A DNA stretch of 64,000 bases, taken from the NCBI GenBank assembly GCA_910586545.1, contig CAJUIQ010000002.1, positions 39,090-103,089 of the forward strand, given 5' to 3'. Of the stretch, positions 47,118 to 57,013 are shown piece by piece. The stretch is from an uncultured Eubacteriales bacterium (GTDB lineage Bacteria; Bacillota; Clostridia; Oscillospirales; CAG-272). How positions within the stretch are numbered: the stretch's first letter is position 1; the number at the start of each line of letters is the position of its first letter. Both the position numbers and the translations under genes were made by a program. Under the pieces are notes generated by a model. That model was not told where the DNA came from and did no database searches. It saw only the letters and a program-made list of their open reading frames with translations.

Positions 47118-48335
47118 ATGCAATTCAATCATATTGATTTTGATACCTACTTTAAAAACTATCCCGATGCAGACGGCTTTTTTGGCAAATACGGCGGATC
47201 CTATATCCCGCAGGAGCTCCAGACCGCCATGGATGAAATCACGGAAGCTTACTATACCATCTGCAAATCCAGCAAATTTGTAAGCGAACTGCGCCGGATC
47301 CGCAAGGAATTTCAGGGCAGACCCACGCCGGTTTCCTATTTGGAGAGACTGTCCGGCAAGCTTGGCAATGTACAACTTTACGTGAAACGTGAGGATTTGA
47401 ACCATACCGGCGCACACAAGCTGAACCACTGTATGGGAGAAGCCCTTCTCGCCAAGTATATGGGCAAGAAAAAGGTAATTGCCGAGACGGGCGCCGGGCA
47501 GCACGGCGTCGCCCTTGCAACTGCCGCCGCCTACTTCGGACTTTCATGCGACATTTATATGGGTGCTGTGGATATTAAAAAGCAGGCCCCCAATGTAGCT
47601 AGAATGAAAATTCTCGGCGCCAATGTAATTGAGGTGACCGACGGTCTGCAAACGCTGAAAGAAGCTGTAGACGCTGCGTTCATGGCATATTGTAAAGAAT
47701 ATAAAGACGCCATTTACTGCATTGGCTCCGTAGTAGGCCCCCATCCGTTCCCTATGATGGTGCGGGACTTCCAAAGTATTGTAGGAATAGAAGCAAGAGA
47801 ACAGTTTATGGAAATGACCGGCGAGCTGCCGGATGCCGTTGTCGCCTGCGTAGGCGGCGGCTCCAATGCGATGGGCATTTTTTCCGGATTTCTCAATGAT
47901 CCTGTAGATATTTACGGCGTTGAGCCTTTGGGAAGAGGCCCCGCCCTCGGGGATCATGCTGCAAGTCTTGCATACGGATCAGAAGGCGTTATGCATGGAT
48001 TCAACAGTATCATGCTTAAAGATGCAAACGGCGGCCCTGCTCCGGTTTATTCTGTAGCCAGTGGTCTGGATTATCCTTCATCCGGCCCTGAGCACGCATT
48101 TCTGCACGACCTGGGCAGAGTGAAGTATGACGTTATATCTGACGACGAAACCATTGACGCATTCTTCGAGCTTTCCAGAATGGAAGGCATTATCCCAGCT
48201 ATTGAAAGTTCCCACGCCGTCGCCTACGGAATAAAACTGGCGAAGCAGATGAACAAAGGCTCCATTCTGATTAATCTCTCCGGAAGAGGAGATAAGGATA
48301 TGGATTATATTATTGAAAAATATGGCATCAGATAA
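47118..48335 (+). CDS. trpB: tryptophan synthase beta chain (stand-alone)
   Basis: Start MQFNHID (RBS GGAGG). [15 protein letters not shown] and the PLP-Lys context HTGAHKLNH. No trpA or other trp genes lie next to it. Confidence 0.9.
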   Translation: MQFNHIDFDTYFKNYPDADGFFGKYGGSYIPQELQTAMDEITEAYYTICKSSKFVSELRRIRKEFQGRPTPVSYLERLSGKLGNVQLYVKREDLNHTGAHKLNHCMGEALLAKYMGKKKVIAETGAGQHGVALATAAAYFGLSCDIYMGAVDIKKQAPNVARMKILGANVIEVTDGLQTLKEAVDAAFMAYCKEYKDAIYCIGSVVGPHPFPMMVRDFQSIVGIEAREQFMEMTGELPDAVVACVGGGSNAMGIFSGFLNDPVDIYGVEPLGRGPALGDHAASLAYGSEGVMHGFNSIMLKDANGGPAPVYSVASGLDYPSSGPEHAFLHDLGRVKYDVISDDETIDAFFELSRMEGIIPAIESSHAVAYGIKLAKQMNKGSILINLSGRGDKDMDYIIEKYGIR

Positions 48336-48360
48336 CCTGTGATATACGGTACAAAGCATT

Positions 48361-48398
48361 GGCGGAGGTCCCATAAGGGCGCTCCGCCTTTTTTCTTT
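48361..48398 (+). terminator. intrinsic terminator after trpB
   Basis: GGCGGAG..GUCCCAUAAGGGC..CUCCGCC followed by UUUUUUC. Confidence 0.7.
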
Positions 48399-48501
48399 TA
48401 TACTGTAAATAAACCGTTAAGGAATCGACACAATCCTTGACAAGCATACAAATTGAGGTAAAATATTTAATGGAAATATATTATATCAGGAGAGATATCA
48501 C

Positions 48502-49896
48502 ATGAAAGCCGACAAAAATTTCTTGGCGACGGAGCCTGTTGGCAAACTTTTGCTAAAGCTTGCTTTACCTACGGTGACCGCCCAACTTATCAATATGCTT
48601 TACAATATCGTGGACCGGATTTATATCGGACATATTGCCGACGTTGGGGCCCTGGCGCTGACCGGCGTGGGCGTTTGTATGCCGCTGATTATGATTGTAA
48701 CAGCGTTCTCCGCTTTTGCCGGATACGGCGGCGCTCCTCGCGCTTCTATTTTTATGGGGAAGAAGGATCCCGACTCTGCGGAAAAGACACTGGGAAACTG
48801 CTTTATTGTACAAATCCTGATTTCTCTGCTGCTGACAGGCGCTCTGCTCATTTGGAATCGGGATCTGCTGTCTGCCTTTGGCGCAAGCGAGAATACAATT
48901 CGATATAGTGTGGAGTATATGCAAATCTACTCCCTTGGCACCATTTTTGTGCAGCTGACGCTGGGAATGAACGCTTTTATTACCGCACAGGGATTTGCCA
49001 AAACAGGCATGCTGTCCGTACTGATCGGTGCGGTGGTAAATATTGTATTGGATCCGATTCTGATTTTCGGGCTAAATATGGGCGTACAGGGAGCAGCCTT
49101 GGCCACTGTTCTTTCTCAAGCAGTATCCTGCATATGGGTGTTGGCGTTTTTGTTTGGAAAAAAGACCAACCTGCGCATCAAAAAAGAACATTTCCGTTTG
49201 CAGGCCAAAATAATTCTGCCCGCTTTTGCGCTTGGTTCATCTGTCTTTGTTATGCAGGCAAGCGAAAGTGTTATTTCCGTTTGCTTCAATTCTTCCCTCC
49301 TTCGCTACGGTGGGGATATTGCGGTGGGCGCTATGACCATTCTCACCAGCGTAATGCAGTTTGCCATGTTGCCCCTGCAGGGACTGGGACAGGGTGCGCA
49401 ACCCATTATTAGCTACAACTACGGCGCGGGTAATGGGGAACGGGTAAAGTCGGCGTTTTGGCTGCTGCTGCGCGCAGATATGTGTTACGCCACGCTTTTA
49501 TGGTTGCTTGTCATGCTTTTCCCAGGGGGCTTTGCCGCCATGTTCACCTCTGACATCCAGCTAATCGCCTTCACAAAGACGGCCTTGCGGATTTACATAG
49601 CATGCCTGCTACTGTTTGGTATCCAAATGTCTTGCCAAATGACCTTCACCTCTATTGGATATGCCAAAGCGTCCATTATTGTAGCCGTGATGCGAAAATT
49701 CGTTCTGCTGATCCCACTGATCTACATCTTGCCTCACATTCTGCCTATAGATAAAACCTGGGCAGTATATGCGGCGGAACCTGTCGCCGATTTTTTGGCA
49801 GTGGCGTTTACTACCGTCCTCTTTACGTTCCAATTCAAAAAGGCCCTGCGGCAGCTTGACGATAAAAAAGCGCCGCAGGAAATACAATCTCAATAA
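48502..49896 (+). CDS. MATE family efflux transporter
   Basis: 464 aa with 12 predicted TM segments. The N-terminus ..LLKLALPTVTAQLINMLYNIVDRIYIG is typical of MATE/NorM/DinF proteins. Confidence 0.85.
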   Translation: MKADKNFLATEPVGKLLLKLALPTVTAQLINMLYNIVDRIYIGHIADVGALALTGVGVCMPLIMIVTAFSAFAGYGGAPRASIFMGKKDPDSAEKTLGNCFIVQILISLLLTGALLIWNRDLLSAFGASENTIRYSVEYMQIYSLGTIFVQLTLGMNAFITAQGFAKTGMLSVLIGAVVNIVLDPILIFGLNMGVQGAALATVLSQAVSCIWVLAFLFGKKTNLRIKKEHFRLQAKIILPAFALGSSVFVMQASESVISVCFNSSLLRYGGDIAVGAMTILTSVMQFAMLPLQGLGQGAQPIISYNYGAGNGERVKSAFWLLLRADMCYATLLWLLVMLFPGGFAAMFTSDIQLIAFTKTALRIYIACLLLFGIQMSCQMTFTSIGYAKASIIVAVMRKFVLLIPLIYILPHILPIDKTWAVYAAEPVADFLAVAFTTVLFTFQFKKALRQLDDKKAPQEIQSQ

Positions 49897-49915
49897 GAAT
49901 GCGCAGGAAAAAGAA

Positions 49916-50626
49916 ATGGCAACAATATATGATAATCGTGTGACCCGACAGCGGGAAACGCTGAAGGATTTTTTCGGCGGCGATGAAAAAGAAGAAATCC
50001 CGGACGAATTGCTGGACAGACTGTTCCAGTTTGAAGCCCTGATGACAAAATATCGCTGCGCCATTCGAGAAATTACTACCAAGCTGGAAATTCTCAACGA
50101 CGAATTGTCTGCTTCTACGAAACAAAATCCTATTGAAACCATACAATCCCGCATCAAACGGCCCTATAGTATTGCAGAAAAGCTGAAACGCCAAAAGCAA
50201 CCGGTAACGGTAGAATCAATCGCCCGCCATTTAAATGATGTGGCAGGCATCCGGGTAATCTGTCCTTTTATAAAAGACATTTATGCTGTAGAAAAAATGT
50301 TGATTCAACAGGACGATGTGCATTTGATTGCGCGAAAGGACTACATTCGCAGCCCCAAGGAAAGCGGATATCGCAGCCTTCATTTGGTAGTAGAAATTCC
50401 TGTTTTCTTTTCCATGAAAAAAGAAAACATTCGGGTGGAAATACAGATTCGAACAGTGGCCATGAATTTTTGGGCAAGTCTGGAGCACCAGATTCGGTAT
50501 AAAAACGAGTCGCAAGGCGTGCAGGATATTGTAAAGGAACTAAGGGAATGCGCGGACACTATCGCCAAAACAGACGAAAAAATGCAGGAACTGAAGCTGC
50601 GTATAGAAAATCATGAAGAAAAATAA
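49916..50626 (+). CDS. small alarmone synthetase (RelA/SpoT-domain GTP pyrophosphokinase, RelQ/RelP-like)
   Basis: 236 aa from MATIYDN. Motifs DVAGIRVICPF, ESGYRSLHLVV and EIQIRTVAMNFWASLEHQIRYK. Confidence 0.88.
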   Translation: MATIYDNRVTRQRETLKDFFGGDEKEEIPDELLDRLFQFEALMTKYRCAIREITTKLEILNDELSASTKQNPIETIQSRIKRPYSIAEKLKRQKQPVTVESIARHLNDVAGIRVICPFIKDIYAVEKMLIQQDDVHLIARKDYIRSPKESGYRSLHLVVEIPVFFSMKKENIRVEIQIRTVAMNFWASLEHQIRYKNESQGVQDIVKELRECADTIAKTDEKMQELKLRIENHEEK

Positions 50627-50640
50627 GTGCCAGGTAATAT

Positions 50641-50668
50641 AAAAAGAAGGCCTACGGCCTTCTTTTTA
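50641..50668. terminator. bidirectional intrinsic terminator
   Basis: AAAAAGAAGGCC-TAC-GGCCTTCTTTTT between convergent genes. Confidence 0.8.
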
Positions 50669-51175
50669 TATTACCTGGCGAACAATCTCCTCCACAGTTT
50701 CTTCCAAAGAAACCGCTGCGGATACGGTGATGTCCGCGTATCGTTCATACAGAGGAGCACGACGGGCGTATACATCCCCGAGATTTTCTCCGGGACCCAT
50801 AGCGATTCCACGCGTTTTAATGTTGGATATCCGCTGCTGAATCTGAGAAAGGGGAAGCTGTAAATATACAATCTGTCCCATTTCACCCAGTCTTGCCATG
50901 GCGGCCTCTCCCAGTACTACGCTGCCGCCAGTAGCGATCACCATTTTGTCCGCGTCTTCTAAAGCTGCTACCGTCTCGTTTTCCAACTGCAAAAACGCAT
51001 CCATACCGTCGTCTCGGATTATCTCATATAATTTTTTCCCCGCTCGCTGCTGCAGCAGTAAATCTGTATCTAAAAAACTATATCCCAAAGTTTTGGCCAG
51101 CAAAACGCCAGCCGTACTCTTACCGCAGCCGGGCATTCCAATCAAAATAACATTTTTTATGCTATTCACCGCCAT
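50666..51175 (-). CDS. aroK: shikimate kinase
   Basis: Start MAVNSIKNVILIGMPGCGKST (Walker A), followed by the FLDTD motif. RBS GGAGGG overlaps the upstream stop. Confidence 0.88.
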   Translation of the reverse strand: MAVNSIKNVILIGMPGCGKSTAGVLLAKTLGYSFLDTDLLLQQRAGKKLYEIIRDDGMDAFLQLENETVAALEDADKMVIATGGSVVLGEAAMARLGEMGQIVYLQLPLSQIQQRISNIKTRGIAMGPGENLGDVYARRAPLYERYADITVSAAVSLEETVEEIVRQVI

Positions 51176-51176
51176 A

Positions 51177-52319
51177 TCATCCCTCCGCATTTGGATCATA
51201 TACCACCGAATCAATAGGAGCCTGTGCCTTAACCCGGAAGGAAAGGGGCTTCAATGCCTCCTTGCCCTCTTCCACAGGCGTGCGGAAAAGAGAAATTTCG
51301 TCCGCTTTCTTATGTTCTACGGTAACGCCTTCCATATAATGTTCCACAAAAGACAAGGGTACCCATATCGCCGTATCCGCCAAACGGCAGGGGCCGGCCA
51401 TATTCACATTGACGCCGTTAATATTTGCAGTAAAAGATCCCACTGTAAACAAAACAATTTCCTCTGTTCCATTGCCTGCACTGTCGCTGCTTTCATCAGA
51501 TGGGATAATAAAGCGCATATAGTGAAGGCTCCCTGCCATAGGCATGTCTAACAGTGCGGCCAACCGGGTAAAGTCCACATATACTATACCATTATAATAA
51601 GCAGTGGCGCCGTCCGCCTCAAAAGATGCATCTTTACCCATACTGTACGTAACAACACCAGGCTTTTCGCCGCTGTTTCCATAGAATAAAGAAAAATACG
51701 CCCCCGCCAAAACCATGCAAACCAGCAAAAACACAATGGTAAAGCGCAGCAAAATTCCCCGGACCTGCGCAGCAAGTTTTTTTCGCCGCTGTCTCTTTTG
51801 ACGCAGCGCTTCACGGCGCGCCGCCTCCTGCCGCTGTCTGGCCCGCTGCATCTCCACCTGTCGACGTTGTCTGTAGTACCGGTCAAACTCAGCTTTGTTT
51901 TGGGATCCTCCACGCTCCGGGTAAATCCATCCGGGCCTGCCTTCTCCGGGACCGGACGGACGGGGGCCGCGCGGGCTGCTCGTTTGGGCTGGTCGCTGTC
52001 CCTGAACGGGCCGCCTTTGTCCTGTTCCTACTCCAGGTCGTGGAGGAGTGGGTCTGCTTCCATTTCCATGCGGACGTGCAGGCGCTTTTCCTGCCTGGTG
52101 GGTCGGACGAATAGGCGGGGCATTTCGTGTTGAAGGAACAGCGGGCCGCCTTGTCGGCGACTGCGCAGGGCCTCGGACTCCCCCTGCCGGATGCGCCTTT
52201 TGTCGGGGCACGCCCACTCCTGGAGGAGGCGCCCCTTGTTTCCTTGGCCGGTTCACCGTTCCGTCCGCGTTTACATAACCCCGGGGGACAGGGCGTGAGC
52301 CATATGTTTTATTGTTCAC
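51177..52319 (-). CDS. single-pass membrane protein with a roughly 125 aa Pro/Arg/Gly-rich N-terminal region and an extracytoplasmic C-terminal domain
   Basis: 380 aa. Low-complexity N-terminus (..RPRKQGAPPPGVGVPRQKAHPAGG..), a basic coiled segment, a TM helix (ILLRFTIVFLLVCMVLAGAYF), then a beta-rich domain. Confidence 0.6.
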   Translation of the reverse strand: MNNKTYGSRPVPRGYVNADGTVNRPRKQGAPPPGVGVPRQKAHPAGGVRGPAQSPTRRPAVPSTRNAPPIRPTHQAGKAPARPHGNGSRPTPPRPGVGTGQRRPVQGQRPAQTSSPRGPRPSGPGEGRPGWIYPERGGSQNKAEFDRYYRQRRQVEMQRARQRQEAARREALRQKRQRRKKLAAQVRGILLRFTIVFLLVCMVLAGAYFSLFYGNSGEKPGVVTYSMGKDASFEADGATAYYNGIVYVDFTRLAALLDMPMAGSLHYMRFIIPSDESSDSAGNGTEEIVLFTVGSFTANINGVNVNMAGPCRLADTAIWVPLSFVEHYMEGVTVEHKKADEISLFRTPVEEGKEALKPLSFRVKAQAPIDSVVYDPNAEG

Positions 52320-52341
52320 AGCCTCGCCCCCTCACAAAGGT

Positions 52342-52896
52342 TTATTTCGTTTCTGCAATCATAAAATACGGAGATGTAGGAGAATTCAACATTTGAAATT
52401 TTCCGATACTCAACTTGTATCGGCTAAGTGTGGAAAAGTATGCCTGGAGCGCTTCTCCTTCCGCAGCCCCCTCCGGGTGGCCTGGATATACCGCCACCAG
52501 CAGGATACTGTCCCGCCCCAACATTGAAAGCGCGCCTTCCACTGCGGGCAGTGTAGTTTCACGCATAGTAGTCAGCGCCTTATTGCCGCTACCCGGCATA
52601 TATCCCAGATTAAACATCCCCGCACGGATAGGACCGGGAACAACCTCACCAGCCAAATGGTGGGAACGGCAAAACAGATGCCAATTATCCGGACAACCTT
52701 CCTCACGCAGACGGCGGGCGGTGCTTTCCAAAGCAGCCGGCTGGATGTCAAACGCCGCCACCTGGCCGCTCTCCCCTACCGTTTTCGATAAAAATGCCGT
52801 ATCGTGTCCGTTGCCCATCGTAAAATCACAAGCAGTATCTCCCGGCCCCAGATGGGTCAGGATAAAATGCTTTTGCAGCGCCAGCAGATCCACCAT
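52342..52896 (-). CDS. mnmM: SAM-dependent methyltransferase of the YtqB/MnmM family (tRNA mnm5s2U34 methyltransferase)
   Basis: 184 aa. Motifs TMGNGHDT, FNLGYMPG and VYPGHPEG parallel B. subtilis YtqB as I recall it. Confidence 0.7.
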   Translation of the reverse strand: MVDLLALQKHFILTHLGPGDTACDFTMGNGHDTAFLSKTVGESGQVAAFDIQPAALESTARRLREEGCPDNWHLFCRSHHLAGEVVPGPIRAGMFNLGYMPGSGNKALTTMRETTLPAVEGALSMLGRDSILLVAVYPGHPEGAAEGEALQAYFSTLSRYKLSIGKFQMLNSPTSPYFMIAETK

Positions 52897-53480
52897 TACT
52901 GCGCCCTTTTATGGCTTGCGGCCATATCAAAAGCCCGCAGGTTAATCTCTTTCGCTTTGGCCGGAACACATTCTTCCACCGCACCTCGAAGCACGGCAGT
53001 GTCAAACCCAAGTACGTGAGCGCCAAGACCAATGAGCGCTACATTAGCGGCTCTGCCGTTTCCGGCTGCCTGTGCAATGGCTGCCGCGTCTTCCGCAATA
53101 ATGTTTATACCAAGCTCGTCGATTTTCTTAGCAAGATCAGCAGGATACTCTGCCGCGCCGATGATTACCGGCATGGGATTAATCTCCTGAGTTGCGGTGA
53201 TCAATGTGCCGCCGGGCCGCAGGAAGGGCAGCCATCTGGCTGCCTCCAGCAGTTCGAAGGACAAGATCACATCCGCCTCGCCCTGACAAATCACAGGAGA
53301 GCTTACTTCCTCCCCGTAACGCACATAAGTTACTACGGAACCGCCTCTCTGACTCATGCCGTGCACTTCAGAAATCTTCACTTCATATCCGCCGGCCGTC
53401 GCGGCAGCGCCCAAAATTCTGCTTGCCAGCAGAGACCCCTGTCCGCCCACGCCGACGATCATTATATTTTTTGTAATCAT
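52896..53480 (-). CDS. iorB: indolepyruvate ferredoxin oxidoreductase subunit beta
   Basis: Start MITKNIMIVGVGGQGSLLASRILG (RBS GGAGAGGGG). Typical IorB size and N-terminus. Confidence 0.85.
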   Translation of the reverse strand: MITKNIMIVGVGGQGSLLASRILGAAATAGGYEVKISEVHGMSQRGGSVVTYVRYGEEVSSPVICQGEADVILSFELLEAARWLPFLRPGGTLITATQEINPMPVIIGAAEYPADLAKKIDELGINIIAEDAAAIAQAAGNGRAANVALIGLGAHVLGFDTAVLRGAVEECVPAKAKEINLRAFDMAASHKRAQ

Positions 53481-53493
53481 GATTCCCCTCTCC

Positions 53494-55242
53494 TTATGCT
53501 TCTGTTGATGTAAATGCACCGAAGGGGCACATCTCTTCGCACAGACCACAGCCGACGCACATGGTTTCGTCCACTTTAGCCTTTACGCCGTCTTCTCCTG
53601 CCTCCATAGAAATACAGGGGCAGCCGATTTTCATACACGCCTTACAACCGCGGCATTTTTCTCTATCCACACGCAGGGCGGGCTTTTTCTCTACGCCCTT
53701 CAAAAGCGCGCAGGGACGCCGGCAGATTACCACAGATGGAACGTCTGCGGCCAGTTCTTCTTTCAGAATTTTCTCAAGCTCTGCCGGCTTTGCAGGATCC
53801 ACCACACGGATATGTGCCCTGTCCACACCCAGACCCGCACAAATATCCTCCAGACAAATGTAGGGAGCAGGCTGATTTTTCAGAGTCAGCCCGGTGAGGG
53901 GATTTTGCTGGTGACCGGTCATACCGGTGATCCGGTTGTCCAGAATCACCACGGTAGACGCACCGCCGTTATAGATGATATTTACGAGGCCGGTCATACC
54001 GGAATGCATAAAGGTAGAGTCGCCGATCACCGCCACAGACTTTGCCTCGTCTCCCCGTACCTTATTGAAGCCGTGAAGAGCAGAAATAGACGCGCCCATG
54101 CAAAGGGTGGTGTCCATAGCGCCCAGGGGCGCCACTGCTCCAAGGGTATAGCAGCCGATATCTCCCGATACCATCAGCCCCATTTTCTTTAAAGTGTAGA
54201 ACACACCCCGGTGAGGACATCCCGGACAAAGCACCGGCGGGCGCACGGGAATCTCGTCTGCTACCGAAACGGTGCAGGGTTCTTCGCCCAGCAGCTTTTC
54301 CCGGAGCAATTCCTGCGAATATTCGCCGCATAGGGGAAGCACGTCTTTGACGGTAACCTGGATACCCAAGGAACGGCAGAAGGACTCAATCACCCCGTCC
54401 AGTTCTTCTATTACCACCACAGAATCCACAGAGGCTGCAAATTCCCGAATCTGCTTTTCCGACAGAGGATGGATCAATCCCAGCTTCAAATAAGAGGCGT
54501 CTACCCCATACACTTCTTTTGCATAGTTATAGCAGTTACCCGCTGTGATTACACCCACAGCAGTGCTGCCCATCTCCACCCGGTTCAGGGGGCTGGTGTA
54601 TGCATAATCGGCAAGTTCTTCCAAACGCTGCTCCACTACAGGATGCCGACGTTTGGCATTCCCAGGCATCATCACGTGCTTTGCAGGATCTTTAGTATAT
54701 TCCTTGATGGGATGCTCTTGCCGTTCCTCCAGTTCTACCGCGCTGCCGGAGTGGGACACGCGCGTGGTAAGCCGCAGGATAAAGGGCGTGTCAAACTGCT
54801 CGGACAAGGTATACGCCAGCTTTGTAAATTCCTTACACTCCGCAGAGTTGGCAGGCTCGATCATAGGCAGTTTTGCGCCGATTGCATAATGCCGGCTGTC
54901 CTGCTCATTTTGAGATGAATGCATACCCGGATCATCCGCAACACCGATGACAAGACCGCCGCCCACGCCGGTATATGCCGTAATAAACAGTGGGTCAGCC
55001 GCTACGTTAAGACCCACATGTTTCATAGCGGAAAACGCACGTCCGCCACCAAAGCTTGCGCCGATAGCGGCTTCCAGCGCCACCTTCTCATTTGGCGCCC
55101 ATTCCGCATACACCTCGTCATATTTTGCGGCGAATTCGGATATTTCCGTACTGGGCGTTCCAGGATAACTGGAAACAAAACGCACGCCGGCTTCATACAG
55201 TCCTCTTGCGACTGCCTCATTGCCAAGCATAATCTTTTTCAT
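53494..55242 (-). CDS. iorA: indolepyruvate ferredoxin oxidoreductase subunit alpha
   Basis: 582 aa. N-terminus MLGNEAVARGLYEAGV..SSYPGTPSTEI, a TPP-binding region and a C-terminal 2x[4Fe-4S] motif. Confidence 0.9.
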   Translation of the reverse strand: MKKIMLGNEAVARGLYEAGVRFVSSYPGTPSTEISEFAAKYDEVYAEWAPNEKVALEAAIGASFGGGRAFSAMKHVGLNVAADPLFITAYTGVGGGLVIGVADDPGMHSSQNEQDSRHYAIGAKLPMIEPANSAECKEFTKLAYTLSEQFDTPFILRLTTRVSHSGSAVELEERQEHPIKEYTKDPAKHVMMPGNAKRRHPVVEQRLEELADYAYTSPLNRVEMGSTAVGVITAGNCYNYAKEVYGVDASYLKLGLIHPLSEKQIREFAASVDSVVVIEELDGVIESFCRSLGIQVTVKDVLPLCGEYSQELLREKLLGEEPCTVSVADEIPVRPPVLCPGCPHRGVFYTLKKMGLMVSGDIGCYTLGAVAPLGAMDTTLCMGASISALHGFNKVRGDEAKSVAVIGDSTFMHSGMTGLVNIIYNGGASTVVILDNRITGMTGHQQNPLTGLTLKNQPAPYICLEDICAGLGVDRAHIRVVDPAKPAELEKILKEELAADVPSVVICRRPCALLKGVEKKPALRVDREKCRGCKACMKIGCPCISMEAGEDGVKAKVDETMCVGCGLCEEMCPFGAFTSTEA

Positions 55243-55334
55243 ATATGTAAATTCCTTTCTTTAGGCAGTGAATATTTTACGCCAAACTTCATCTAATATT
55301 ATACCGTTGCAGGCGAATTGTGTCAAGGGCTGGC

Positions 55335-55937
55335 CTATTTTGTATCCCGCCTTTTCCTGGGAGCACGCAGCCGCTTCTTTTGCATACGTCGGGCTTTTCT
55401 CTCCGCTTTCTTCTCTTCCTTTTGTGCCCGCATAAAAAGGATTTGTTCTAAAGCGTCGGGACGTTTCAATATAGCGGCAGCCCGCAGGAAAACAACGGCG
55501 GGGCAAAGCAGCAGAGGGGCACAAAGGGAAATTCCAAGAAGCAGAAGCGGCCTGCCGTCTCTTACAAAGGCGGTGCAGCCCCAAACGCCTAAATACAGAA
55601 AAATTGCCCATAAGAAAGACGTGACCACGGCAATTGGCCGGATCAGGCGACTATGGTCGGACAGGATAGACGCAATTACCACAAAAACGCAAAGAACAAC
55701 GGCAACCAAAACGGCAAAAAATATGAGCTGATACAGCGTGTCCGTTCCGCCGTTTGTCTGCATTTTTATAAAATATAAAATAGAAGGTATTCCTGCGCCG
55801 AAAAAACCGGCGGCAGCGGCAGCCAGAAAAAAATATCCCATCGTAAGATATCGTTTTCGGTTTGGTTGAGTATAGGAAAGAATCATAGCGACAGTTCCTG
55901 TGATTCCCCAAAAAAGTATTGCTGCTATTGCTATCAT
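55335..55937 (-). CDS. polytopic membrane protein of unknown function with a polybasic C-terminal tail
   Basis: 200 aa with about 5 hydrophobic helices. Tail ..KEEKKAERKARRMQKKRLRAPRKRRDTK. Confidence 0.55.
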   Translation of the reverse strand: MIAIAAILFWGITGTVAMILSYTQPNRKRYLTMGYFFLAAAAAGFFGAGIPSILYFIKMQTNGGTDTLYQLIFFAVLVAVVLCVFVVIASILSDHSRLIRPIAVVTSFLWAIFLYLGVWGCTAFVRDGRPLLLLGISLCAPLLLCPAVVFLRAAAILKRPDALEQILFMRAQKEEKKAERKARRMQKKRLRAPRKRRDTK

Positions 55938-56024
55938 ATTTATATCGCTCCATTCTCTATCGGTTACGGATTATTCGCGCGCCTGTTTATCATTGACATA
56001 CCCGTAAAAACCAATATAATAATA

Positions 56025-56939
56025 TTATTCCAAAAGGGAACGCTCCAAGGCGGGAATCACATCGTTTCCCCGAGAAAGAAGCACGGTGTGACGTTCTCGC
56101 GTCCATTTTTTTATGTACCGGTCATACCGATATACGTCTGTAGTCTTTTTCAAAGGGACATAATAAAGAAAAAGCCAAACGTCATATCCCTGTGTCTCAC
56201 ATGCCGCAGCACAGCGGCAGAGCAGGTCCGATACAAAAGAAGGATCCTCCGCCTCCACCTGTAGATAGCTGGAAGCGACACGATATTTTCCAAAGATATA
56301 GTCCCGGAAGCCGTTTCGACAGAGTATATCGGCACTTTGAGACAAATCTGTAAGACACAGCCCCTCCCGCTGGAGTGCGGGCACATCAAAGCCCCATCGT
56401 GCGGCGGTTTCCCGGATCCAAGGCTTGTCCTTTTCCTGAAATTTAGAGCTGCTGCAGGAAAGTGTGTCCATATAAACAGAGGACAGGGCAAGGAAATCCG
56501 CTTGCCTGTCCGGCGCAAGGCCATGGGTCATCGCCGCCTCATAAATTACACGACCGGCGGAGCTTGCCGACTCGTTTTGGTATACAGGAATATCCGGCGC
56601 ATCCATTGTCGGATGATGGTCGGCGCAGGCGATTACCCTGCCGGGCAGCTTTGTTGTGTGGCAGTCGCATAAAATCAGCAAAGCGTCCTCCGGCAATGGA
56701 GAAAACAACAACGCCGGATCCCAGCCATACTTTTTCAGCACAGCGCCGCCGTGGGCGTCCATCTGTCCATACAGACAGATCCTGGTATCTATCTCCAGCT
56801 GGTGCAAAAAATGCCGCATCAACAGACAAGACGCGGCGCTGTCATAATCCGGATGAAGATGCCCGGTGAGTACCACGGGCCCCTGATTTATTCCAATCTG
56901 CGTCAAAATCCCGGAAAACAACATATGCTTCTTCCCCAT
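56025..56939 (-). CDS. DHH-family phosphoesterase-like protein
   Basis: 304 aa. HPDYDSAAS and CADHHPT motifs resemble DHH motifs I and III. No clear DHHA1/2 assignment. Confidence 0.55.
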   Translation of the reverse strand: MGKKHMLFSGILTQIGINQGPVVLTGHLHPDYDSAASCLLMRHFLHQLEIDTRICLYGQMDAHGGAVLKKYGWDPALLFSPLPEDALLILCDCHTTKLPGRVIACADHHPTMDAPDIPVYQNESASSAGRVIYEAAMTHGLAPDRQADFLALSSVYMDTLSCSSSKFQEKDKPWIRETAARWGFDVPALQREGLCLTDLSQSADILCRNGFRDYIFGKYRVASSYLQVEAEDPSFVSDLLCRCAAACETQGYDVWLFLYYVPLKKTTDVYRYDRYIKKWTRERHTVLLSRGNDVIPALERSLLE

Positions 56940-57013
56940 TCCCGCAAAAATTACATATTACAAGTTTACCCCATCCGTTATACTTTGTCAATCATGATAT
57001 GGAGGATAATTCC

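Noticed and set aside
47002-47283. 93 aa TTG-initiated ORF with several Trp codons overlapping the trpB start, considered as a possible Trp leader peptide
   Set aside because: It has no SD, uses a non-ATG start, runs out of frame into trpB for more than 160 nt, and the T-box already explains Trp sensing.
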